Below, piece after piece: positions 15,349-22,839 of a DNA stretch of 53,039 nucleotides (position 1 is its first letter; every line of letters starts with the position of its first letter). The notes beneath the pieces were generated by a model, which did no database searches, was not told the DNA's origin, and saw only the letters and a list, made by a program, of their open reading frames with translations. The translations under genes and the position numbers were made by a program. This DNA is from an uncultured Gammaproteobacteria bacterium (GTDB lineage Bacteria; Patescibacteriota; Microgenomatia; CAYFQP01), in NCBI GenBank assembly GCA_964345375.1, contig CAYFQP010000051.1, forward strand, positions 1-53,039. The letters are read 5' to 3'.

Positions 15349-16862
15349 TATTCTAGGCGGGGGAAAAGAGGCTCTTCAAGCTTAATCTTTGTTCCAGGCT
15401 TCACATTAGCCCAACTATTTTTACCAAGAGGAACTTCTTTTAAAAGAGCTTTTAAATCAAGGGCTTTAGCGATTTTAACTGAAGTCTCTGGTAAGAAAGG
15501 ATAAATTTGCCAACTAATTTGATGAATGCTATCACAAAGACAATAAAGAACTTGGTTAAGCTCTTCTATCTTTCCCTCTTTAGCTAATTGCCAGGGCTTA
15601 TTGTCATCAATGTATTTATCAGCAACAGAAATAAATTTCCAGATTGCTCTTAGTGCCTTATCGAATTGATAATCGGGTAGATATTTATCTAAGTCTCGAT
15701 AGACCTTTTTCCAGGTATAAAGTTTTGGGCTGACCCGAAGCGGCAGACTGTCAGGATCGACTGAGATTTTTGGTAGCTTATTATCGCAATATCGATCAAC
15801 CATGCCAAAAACTCGAGAAACCAAATTGCCTAAGCCATTAGCCAAATCAGCATTATAGACTTCTTTAAGTTTCTCAATAGTCAAATCAACATCCCTCGAG
15901 ATTGGGCCATATTTAATAAAGTAGTATCTGACCCCATCGGTGCCGAATTCTTTGACTAATTCTGTGGGCCGGATTACATTACCCAGAGATTTACTAATTT
16001 TTTGACCATTGAAAGTGAAAAAGTCATGGGCGTAAACGGTTTTAGGAAGTTCATAGCCAGCCGACTTGAGCATTGCTGGCCAGAGTAAGGCATGCCAACG
16101 AAGATTGTCTTTACCTAAAAGATGTAAGTCAGCCGGCCAAAAACCCTTTGGGGCGCCACTAAGATAGTTAATTAAGGCATCAAACCAGACATAGATCGTA
16201 TGTTTTGGGTCACTAGGAACAGGAATACCCCATTCAACCGAGGGTCTGGAAATAGGAATATCTTCAAGGCCCTGATTCAAAAAGGCTAACATTTCATTTC
16301 TCTTTGATTCTGGTTGGACAAATTTAGGGTTGTCTCTAATCTGGTTTTTTAAAAAGCCTTCGTATTTTGACCAACGAAAAAAGTAGTTTTTCTCAGTTAG
16401 TTTTTTGGGGATTTCATTAGGGTGATAAGGACATTTGCCGTCAATTAAATCCTTTTGAGTGATAAACCCCTCACAACCTTGGCAATAGATTCCCTTGTAT
16501 TCACCTAAATAGATGTCGCCTTTCTTTTTGACTTTTTGCCAAAACTCAACAACAGTCTTTTGGTGATCTTGATCAGTGGTTCTAATAAAGCGGTCATATG
16601 ATATATTTAGTGATTTAAATTGTTCTTTGTCTGCTTTACTGATTTTATCCGCCCATTCTTTGAAACCGATTTTTGCTTTTTTGGCAGCTTCTTCAGCCTT
16701 TCCTCCATGCTCGTCAACACCAGTTAAGAAAAAAACACTTTCTCCCCGCAGGCGGTGATAGCGAGCTAAGACATCGGCCACAATTTTTTGGTAAGCGTGA
16801 CCAATATGCATCACATCATCAATATAATCAATAGCCGTGGTCACATAAAATTTTTTCTTCAT
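15348..16862 (-). CDS. metG: methionyl-tRNA synthetase (no C-terminal Trbp111-like domain)
   Basis: HIGHAY (HIGH) and KISKSLGN (KMSKS) signatures. CQGCEGF...CPYHP zinc knuckle. Confidence 0.95.
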   Translation of the reverse strand: MKKKFYVTTAIDYIDDVMHIGHAYQKIVADVLARYHRLRGESVFFLTGVDEHGGKAEEAAKKAKIGFKEWADKISKADKEQFKSLNISYDRFIRTTDQDHQKTVVEFWQKVKKKGDIYLGEYKGIYCQGCEGFITQKDLIDGKCPYHPNEIPKKLTEKNYFFRWSKYEGFLKNQIRDNPKFVQPESKRNEMLAFLNQGLEDIPISRPSVEWGIPVPSDPKHTIYVWFDALINYLSGAPKGFWPADLHLLGKDNLRWHALLWPAMLKSAGYELPKTVYAHDFFTFNGQKISKSLGNVIRPTELVKEFGTDGVRYYFIKYGPISRDVDLTIEKLKEVYNADLANGLGNLVSRVFGMVDRYCDNKLPKISVDPDSLPLRVSPKLYTWKKVYRDLDKYLPDYQFDKALRAIWKFISVADKYIDDNKPWQLAKEGKIEELNQVLYCLCDSIHQISWQIYPFLPETSVKIAKALDLKALLKEVPLGKNSWANVKPGTKIKLEEPLFPRLE

Positions 16863-16869
16863 GAACTTA

Positions 16870-16898
16870 ATTATACTTTAAAGCGAACCTGAAGACAA
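16870..16898 (-). promoter_or_regulatory. promoter TTGTCT-17-TATAAT, -10 ends 7 nt before ATG 16862
   Basis: Read directly on the minus strand. Confidence 0.5.
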
Positions 16899-16916
16899 AA
16901 TTATTGAAGCTTAGCC

Positions 16917-17276
16917 TTATTTTTTTCCAAATAAACTTTCAATTTTTCCCGCCCATTTTTCAGCCCATTGGTCAGCCTCGACTTTTTTAAGGGCGAGTTT
17001 AAAGCCAGGAGACTTTTTCATTATTTTATCAACCGAAGCAATAGTCGCTGATGAAACCTTAAGAGTTTCTTTGATGTTCTGATAACTTCTGCCTTTATCT
17101 AAATAATGGGCGATGGCTAAACGTTTTGCCAAAGCAGTGAGCTCAGTTTTACCCAAGATGTCTTCAAAGAAAGTTCTAACTTCTTTTGGGTCTTTTAGAT
17201 CAGAAATGACCTGGAAGAAGATATTAAAAATTTCTTTTTCAATAGTTCTGTTAATTGTTCGTTTAGAAACTTGCAT
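16917..17276 (-). CDS. TrpR-like YerC/YecD family DNA-binding protein
   Basis: LTALAKRLAIAHYLDKGRSYQNIKETLKVSSATIASV helix-turn-helix. Start moved to ATG 17276 because the longer ORF would translate a terminator-like hairpin. Confidence 0.65.
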   Translation of the reverse strand: MQVSKRTINRTIEKEIFNIFFQVISDLKDPKEVRTFFEDILGKTELTALAKRLAIAHYLDKGRSYQNIKETLKVSSATIASVDKIMKKSPGFKLALKKVEADQWAEKWAGKIESLFGKK

Positions 17277-17282
17277 CTTAAT

Positions 17283-17311
17283 AAAAACCCACTTTAGATA
17301 TTTAAAGTGGG
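17283..17311 (-). terminator. terminator-like hairpin plus U5, 6 nt upstream of ATG 17276
   Basis: Minus-strand RNA: CCCACUUUA-AAUAUC-UAAAGUGGG (9 bp perfect stem), UUUUU, AUUAAG, AUG. Confidence 0.55.
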
Positions 17312-17331
17312 CAGTTCTCAAAATTTATTCA

Positions 17332-17360
17332 ATTAAAGCATCTGAAAAAGGAAAAGTCAA
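17332..17360 (-). promoter_or_regulatory. sigma70-like promoter TTGACT-17-TTTAAT
   Basis: Minus strand: TTGACT (17360-17355), 17-nt spacer, TTTAAT (17337-17332). Lies upstream of the hairpin. Confidence 0.45.
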
Positions 17361-17363
17361 TCC

Positions 17364-17687
17364 CTATTTTTTCCAAAAATATAGTTCAATCGAGGAGAGT
17401 AAAGCAAAAACAAGAATTAGATTAAGGAAATGCGCTTGTTCGAATTGGCGAAGGAGGAGAATGGTAATTAAAGCCATGGCGGCAAGAAAACCCCGGCGGC
17501 TATTGGCAAGAAGGAGAGAGATGGTTAAAAAGAAAGAAAGAAAAAGAGAGAAGTAAAAGAGAAAGATGATTAAAGTTGTTTCTGGAGTTTGAAAGTAAAA
17601 AAAGTAAAACCAGATAAGCCAAGTTAAAATAGCTAAAAGAAGGGTCGGAAGAAAATTTTCTCTTTGAGGCAATCGCCGTTTCCTCAT
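17364..17687 (-). CDS. small polytopic membrane protein, unknown function
   Basis: Three or four hydrophobic helices. TATAAT 7 nt upstream of its ATG. Confidence 0.35.
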   Translation of the reverse strand: MRKRRLPQRENFLPTLLLAILTWLIWFYFFYFQTPETTLIIFLFYFSLFLSFFLTISLLLANSRRGFLAAMALITILLLRQFEQAHFLNLILVFALLSSIELYFWKK

Positions 17688-17694
17688 TGGTTCA

Positions 17695-17700
17695 ATTATA
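17695..17700 (-). promoter_or_regulatory. -10 box TATAAT, 7 nt before ATG 17687
   Basis: Read directly on the minus strand. Confidence 0.4.
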
Positions 17701-17713
17701 TCGGTAAAAATAG

Positions 17714-17719
17714 TATAAT
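17714..17719 (+). promoter_or_regulatory. -10 box TATAAT, 6 nt before ATG 17726
   Basis: tagtataat-tgaagc-ATG read directly. Confidence 0.45.
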
Positions 17720-17725
17720 TGAAGC

Positions 17726-18739
17726 ATGACTAATGATCTCTATTTAATTTTGGCATTGGTTATTGCTAGCTTTGCTGGCTTGCTTTTCTTTATTAACAGA
17801 AAGCTTTCTGAAATTGCGAATAAGAGCAGACCAGATGAAACCCTAGTCGAATGGTTGAGAGCTAATCAAGACCTTCTTCAAAAGAGCAATAAAAATGTGA
17901 CTGATACCTTGCAAAAAAACACTCAGGCAATTTCCGAACGACTTGACCGAGCAGCCAAAGTGATTGGAGCTCTTCAAAAAGAAGCTGGCCAGTTTAGCGA
18001 GATTGGCCGGTCAATGCGGGACTTACAAGAATTTTTGAAGAGCCCTAAATTAAGAGGCAATATTGGTGAAGAAGTTTTAAAGGACTTAATTGCTCAGATG
18101 TTTCCCAAAAAAGCCTTTCATCTTCAATACAGTTTTAAGTCTGGCGATAAAGTTGACGCTGCTCTAAAAACAGATGCTGGCCTTTTACCAATTGACTCGA
18201 AATTTCCAATGGAAAATTTTCAAAGAATTGTTAAGGCTGAAAGTGATACTGAAAAAAAGAAGGTCACGGCTGCTTTTGTTGCTGACGTTAAGAAACACAT
18301 CAAGATCATATCTCAAAAATACATTCTTCCTGAAGAAGGAACCATGGATTTTGCCCTGATGTATATTCCCTCAGAAGCAGTTTTCTATGAAGTAGCCAAC
18401 ATTCCTGACCTAACTGACTATGCTCGCCGAAACCGAGTCTACCCAGTCTCGCCAACAACTCTTTATGCCCATCTTCAAACCATTCTTTTATCCTTTGAGG
18501 GCAAGAAAATTGAAACCCGGTCTCGAGAGGTTTTCCGATTACTTCGGGCGATAAAAAAGGATTATGAGAAGACCGAGGGTTCACTCTCGGTTCTAGGTAA
18601 ACATCTCCAAAATGCCTATAACCAGATGAGCAATGTCCTTTCTTCCTTTACTTTAATGGGTCAAAAAATATCCTCTGGGCGAGAATTAAGCGAAGGAAAA
18701 GAAGAAATTAAGCAGCTAGGAATTGGGGAGGGAGATTAG
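17726..18739 (+). CDS. rmuC: DNA recombination protein RmuC
   Basis: N-terminal TM, coiled coil, then RmuC nuclease-like core (RGNIGEEVLKDLI, LPIDSKFPMENF, ALMYIPSEAVFYE). Confidence 0.85.
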   Translation: MTNDLYLILALVIASFAGLLFFINRKLSEIANKSRPDETLVEWLRANQDLLQKSNKNVTDTLQKNTQAISERLDRAAKVIGALQKEAGQFSEIGRSMRDLQEFLKSPKLRGNIGEEVLKDLIAQMFPKKAFHLQYSFKSGDKVDAALKTDAGLLPIDSKFPMENFQRIVKAESDTEKKKVTAAFVADVKKHIKIISQKYILPEEGTMDFALMYIPSEAVFYEVANIPDLTDYARRNRVYPVSPTTLYAHLQTILLSFEGKKIETRSREVFRLLRAIKKDYEKTEGSLSVLGKHLQNAYNQMSNVLSSFTLMGQKISSGRELSEGKEEIKQLGIGEGD

Positions 18740-19837
18740 AAGGACTAAGTAAAACCAGTGAGTGACTCCGATTGGTTGAAAGAAGGAGAAGACAAAAAAG
18801 CCCATTAATGAGGCTAGAATCCAATTTTCTTTTTTTATTACTTTTTGACTTCTCTTCCAAAACCAAAAACTAAAAACTCCTAATCCAATCAAGCCAGAAA
18901 ATAAACTAATATCCAAGAAAAGATTGTGAGAGCGGCCAATAACAACTCCGAACAAAGAACGATCAATTTGCTGGTATTGTTTATCATAGGCTTTGATGAT
19001 TCCTTCGGCTCCATATCCTAAGATTGGTTTTTCTTGGACTGCTTTAATGCCTAAATTCCAAATTAGCCATCGGTCTTCATAAAGAGACTCTCCTTTTTCA
19101 AGATAAACACCCAAAACCCCAATGACAAGAACTAGGATTAAAGAAGTAGATAGGAAAACCTTCCTGAAAGACATTTTCTTTTTCCAAAGATAACCAAAGA
19201 CTAATAACTCAGCCATAACCGCTAAAATGCCTGCTTTTGAGCCAGTTAGAAAAATAGCAAGAATAATGGCGAAGGTTGGAATTAAGGGCGATTGGAAAAT
19301 AGTAGTTAGAATTGGTAAGCCTAAAATAAAAAAGCCTGCTAATCCGTTTGGCTCCCCAAGAGTTCCGATTGGCCTTTGATTGTATGAAAGAATAGGGAGA
19401 TTTAGTTTAAGGGCTAACCATTGGCCATAAACGACTAATATTTCAATAATGATTGCTATTGCTGCCCACTTTAAAACAGTTTTCCTATCTTTAGTTTTCA
19501 GTTTTTCAACTGTCATCATAAAAAGCCCTAAGACAAAAAAGAAAATCACACTTTGATGGCGATAGCCGCCAGCTAAAAAGCCAAAAGGAAATTTTTGATT
19601 AATTAAAGTGCTTAAAAAAAGAATCCCTACCCAAAGAAACCAAATTTTATCGAGCTTCTGGAAGCGTGCTTCAAAGTTCTTTATACTAAAACCAGTTAAT
19701 AACCAGAAAACTAATAGAAATCCAGCCCCAAAGAAAAGTCCTACCTTGGCTAATTCAAATTTGAGGGGTAATGGCCAGAAAAAGAGAGGCAAGAAAAAGA
19801 CTAAGAATTTGATGAGAAGACTTATAAACCTTGACAC
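18716..19837 (-). CDS. O-antigen ligase/polymerase-like (Wzy_C) membrane protein
   Basis: Polytopic, with GEPNGLAGFFILGLP and RSHNLFLDI loop motifs. GTG start. Confidence 0.6.
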   Translation of the reverse strand: MSRFISLLIKFLVFFLPLFFWPLPLKFELAKVGLFFGAGFLLVFWLLTGFSIKNFEARFQKLDKIWFLWVGILFLSTLINQKFPFGFLAGGYRHQSVIFFFVLGLFMMTVEKLKTKDRKTVLKWAAIAIIIEILVVYGQWLALKLNLPILSYNQRPIGTLGEPNGLAGFFILGLPILTTIFQSPLIPTFAIILAIFLTGSKAGILAVMAELLVFGYLWKKKMSFRKVFLSTSLILVLVIGVLGVYLEKGESLYEDRWLIWNLGIKAVQEKPILGYGAEGIIKAYDKQYQQIDRSLFGVVIGRSHNLFLDISLFSGLIGLGVFSFWFWKRSQKVIKKENWILASLMGFFVFSFFQPIGVTHWFYLVLLISLPNS

Positions 19838-19843
19838 CTTTCT

Positions 19844-19849
19844 ATTATA
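19844..19849 (-). promoter_or_regulatory. -10 box TATAAT, 6 nt before GTG 19837
   Basis: Read directly on the minus strand. Confidence 0.4.
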
Positions 19850-19882
19850 ATCGTATCCTTTAAGTAAGACAAAGAATTTTTC

Positions 19883-21574
19883 ATGCCTAATCCGATTAGA
19901 TCAATTAGGAATTCACTAAGTCAAATCCCGACCAGATATCGTTTTTGGGCTTCATTTGGAATTCTCATTGCCCTTCTCATTGCCCTTCCGATTACCTTAA
20001 TGGGTTTTATGACTGGCACTTTTGAATTAAGAAAAAGAGCGGCTACTAGTGAGCCAACACTGTCACCGCCAGTGGTCATCTTTGGCAATGCTGCCTTGTT
20101 TGATAATCCTTACGAGATCTATAAGGGTTACTTACAGACTCAATATATTAAAACTGAAGAAAACTCTTCGCTCAATGCTAGGCAGCAAATGACGATTGAG
20201 GCATGGATACAATTGATGGATAGGGAACCGATTGAGGACCAGGTGATAATTGCCAAAAAAGCGGGCGGCAATCAATTTGTAATAGGCTCCTATTGGTTAG
20301 GCGTTTCTTCCGACTTGAGACTTAAGTTCTCTTCGCCTTATATTCGTGTTCCTATATCTCCTAATGTTATTTCAGAGAGCTTAGAAAGCAATGAGGTCTT
20401 GAAAACAGGTTGTTGGTATCATGTGGCCATTTCCGTTGATAACCCTCGAGTTCGGATGTTTATTAACGGCCATTTAGATAGAGAAGGAGATTTTGGTCAA
20501 TTTCCCTCGGAGGATGTTAAATCCAAGGTTTCAATTGCTGCTAATCTGTCCGATCTTAAATCAGGCCAAATAGACGTGCCTGCCTACCTTTTCAATGGGG
20601 AGATCGACGAGGTTCGTTTGTCCAGTATTGCTCGGTATACGTCTAGTTTCTCTCCGCCCCTTTCGCCCTATCTGGTTGATGGTTACACAACGGCTCTTTG
20701 GCATCTTGATTATAAAATGGACAATAACATGGTTCCTGATGATTCACCGAGCGCGAATTGGGGAACAGTCATAGGCAATGTCGCCTTTATTCCAAGCGGC
20801 GCAAGCGTACTTTGTCCTATTACTGTAAGTCCTCCTGCTGTAAGTCCTACTCCTATTCCTTGTGGTCAAGAAGGAGAGACAATCCCGGTCTATCCTGGTT
20901 ATCAATGTTGTCCGGGCCTAGAGCCGATTTCGACTGCTCATCCTGATGTTAATGGAAATTGCCCTGGATATCCACCTCTTGGAGCTTCGACTTGTGTCAA
21001 AGATTGTGGCGATGGTCAATGTACTCTGGGTGAGAATAAGTGTAATTGTCCTGAAGACTGTGGTCTTGTTCCCACGCCGACTCCTACTGGGGGCCCATTG
21101 CATTTAAAAATTAAGTTTGGAGGAGTGACCAGTCGGCCTATAGATGATAGCGACAGAGAAATCAAGATTTACGCTACCAATCTTACTGGAGGACCTGATT
21201 TGGGTTCAGCTAATAATAAAGAATCGGTTATCATGAGCGTTGATGACTCTGGTGCCTATAGTGGGGAAATTATTTTGGATGCCTCATATTTTTTTCATCG
21301 ATATCGCCTCCGCATTAAGGGTCCAAAACATTTACAGGGTGTTTTTCCTGACGTTTTTTTCCTGCAAGAGTTGGACCTAACTGATTGGCCTCTCCGACCA
21401 GGGGACGTAGATCAGGATGGTAAGGTAGATATTAATGATCTTAGGGCAATTAAAGTGTTTTCTACTAACCCAGCTGATATCGCTTTTGGTGACGTCAATT
21501 TTGATAATAGATTAAGTATTCTCGATCGAGTTTTAATTCTTAGTACTTTGTCGGTCCAATACGACCCTGATTAA
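19883..21574 (+). CDS. LamG (concanavalin-A-like) domain protein with Cys-rich module and C-terminal type-I-like dockerin
   Basis: N-terminal TM/signal anchor. LamG_3-like core (MTIEAWIQL...CWYHVAISVDNPRVRMFINGHL...FNGEIDEVRLSS). CGDGQCTLGENKCNCPEDCG. Duplicated dockerin segments GDVDQDGKVDINDLRAIK and GDVNFDNRLSILDRVLIL. Confidence 0.65.
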   Translation: MPNPIRSIRNSLSQIPTRYRFWASFGILIALLIALPITLMGFMTGTFELRKRAATSEPTLSPPVVIFGNAALFDNPYEIYKGYLQTQYIKTEENSSLNARQQMTIEAWIQLMDREPIEDQVIIAKKAGGNQFVIGSYWLGVSSDLRLKFSSPYIRVPISPNVISESLESNEVLKTGCWYHVAISVDNPRVRMFINGHLDREGDFGQFPSEDVKSKVSIAANLSDLKSGQIDVPAYLFNGEIDEVRLSSIARYTSSFSPPLSPYLVDGYTTALWHLDYKMDNNMVPDDSPSANWGTVIGNVAFIPSGASVLCPITVSPPAVSPTPIPCGQEGETIPVYPGYQCCPGLEPISTAHPDVNGNCPGYPPLGASTCVKDCGDGQCTLGENKCNCPEDCGLVPTPTPTGGPLHLKIKFGGVTSRPIDDSDREIKIYATNLTGGPDLGSANNKESVIMSVDDSGAYSGEIILDASYFFHRYRLRIKGPKHLQGVFPDVFFLQELDLTDWPLRPGDVDQDGKVDINDLRAIKVFSTNPADIAFGDVNFDNRLSILDRVLILSTLSVQYDPD

Positions 21575-21586
21575 TAGCCTGTCCAA

Positions 21587-22780
21587 ATGAAAAAGATAGT
21601 TTCTTTTTTACTGACAATCTGCTCTCTCTTTATTTTTATCCTTGCCTTTCCCCGCCTAGCTTTAGCAGCTAAATTTTCACTCGATCCTCTATCTAAAGAC
21701 ATCAACATTGGTCAAGAATTTAATATTAATATTGATCTCGACACTCAAGATAAAGAGGTCAATGGAGTTGAAGCAAAACTTTCTTTTAATAAAGATTTAA
21801 TTGAGGTTACTGGAGTTAATTTCCTCGGAATTTTTCCCGATAATAACCAAAATATAAATAATAGTGAGGGTTACGTTCAAATCGGTTCAAATATGGAATC
21901 ACCCACTGCCAGCTTTAATGGTAGTTCTAATTGGGTGACTTTGACCTTGAAAGGAAAAGCTAAAGGCTCAACTGAATTAAGGTTTTCTTGTCCTGAGTCA
22001 GCCATTTTTGAGGTGGTTACTCCTCCTAATCTTCCTAACAACCTCCTTGACTGTAGTAGTCTAGGGGCTGGTAGTTACACTATTTCTGAAGCCGGTGAGC
22101 CACCGCCAGGAGATAAAGAGGATGAGGAAGAAGAAGTGAGCGACGGTGTACCAGGACCAGGTTGTACTGATCCCTCACCAGATACTCCAGCTAATCTTGA
22201 GGCAGCTAGTGGTCCAGGCAAGGGAGAGGTAAGTTTAACCTGGACTAAAGTTGGCGCTGATTATTATTCTCTTGTTTTTGGTGGCGCCTCAGGAGCTTAT
22301 GAATACGGTGCTCCTAATATTGGCAATACTGATCAATACACTGTTAGGCAGTTGACACAAGGTAAGCTTTATTATTTTGCTATTGCTGCAGTCAGAGGTT
22401 GTGCTTCGAGTGGTTTTTCTAATGAAGCCAGCGCTCGGGCTGAAGGAGCAACCGGAGGACTGCCGGCTAAGGTAACACCAAAGGCTAGCCCCAAACCAAC
22501 TCCAACTCCGGCCTACAGGTCAATTGGCGAGATTTTACCTGAAGTAGATTTCCCCACTGTTGAAGAGGTGGTCACGCCAACACCAATTCCTATTTTTGCA
22601 CCCGAAGAAGGCGGACCCTCAATCTTGAGGACAGTTTTATTAGTTGCTATCTTTTTACTGGTTTTCGTTGGACTAATTTTTGGCCTTTGGCGTTTGATTA
22701 AAAAACGAATGCCCCCAGGGCCGCCAAAGATTGTTGTCCCTGAAAAACCGCCCCTTCCTGAAACTCCTTCATCGCCTTGA
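21587..22780 (+). CDS. cohesin domain - FN3 - PT linker - TM anchored surface protein
   Basis: Signal peptide. Cohesin-like sandwich (IGQEFNINIDLDTQDKEVNGVEAKLSFNKDLIEVTGV...WVTLTLKGKAKGSTELRF). FN3 (PANLEAASGPGKGEVSLTWTKV...LYYFAIAAV). C-terminal TM plus RLIKKR stop-transfer and Pro-rich tail. Confidence 0.6.
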   Translation: MKKIVSFLLTICSLFIFILAFPRLALAAKFSLDPLSKDINIGQEFNINIDLDTQDKEVNGVEAKLSFNKDLIEVTGVNFLGIFPDNNQNINNSEGYVQIGSNMESPTASFNGSSNWVTLTLKGKAKGSTELRFSCPESAIFEVVTPPNLPNNLLDCSSLGAGSYTISEAGEPPPGDKEDEEEEVSDGVPGPGCTDPSPDTPANLEAASGPGKGEVSLTWTKVGADYYSLVFGGASGAYEYGAPNIGNTDQYTVRQLTQGKLYYFAIAAVRGCASSGFSNEASARAEGATGGLPAKVTPKASPKPTPTPAYRSIGEILPEVDFPTVEEVVTPTPIPIFAPEEGGPSILRTVLLVAIFLLVFVGLIFGLWRLIKKRMPPGPPKIVVPEKPPLPETPSSP

Positions 22781-22827
22781 TAATAGGTCGTGATCGAGCC
22801 AGACTCGATTAATTACCTTCGAAGCGA

Positions 22828-22833
22828 TATAAT
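22828..22833 (+). promoter_or_regulatory. -10 box TATAAT, 6 nt before GTG 22840
   Basis: gatataat-tagcct-GTG read directly. Confidence 0.4.
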
Positions 22834-22839
22834 TAGCCT

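Noticed and set aside
16917-17321. Longer 134-aa version of the YerC-like ORF
   Set aside because: The extra 15 codons (17277-17321) consist of a perfect 9-bp hairpin plus U-tract. ATG 17276 gives a normal-length family member.
17113-17556. 147-aa basic ORF on the plus strand
   Set aside because: It runs antisense across the YerC-like gene, an intergenic hairpin and the 107-aa membrane ORF. The composition is an artefact and it has no promoter or SD.
22793-22809. Hairpin ATCGAG-CCAGA-CTCGAT after the cohesin gene as a terminator
   Set aside because: It has only a 6-bp stem and is followed by TAATTACC rather than a U-tract. The evidence is too weak.
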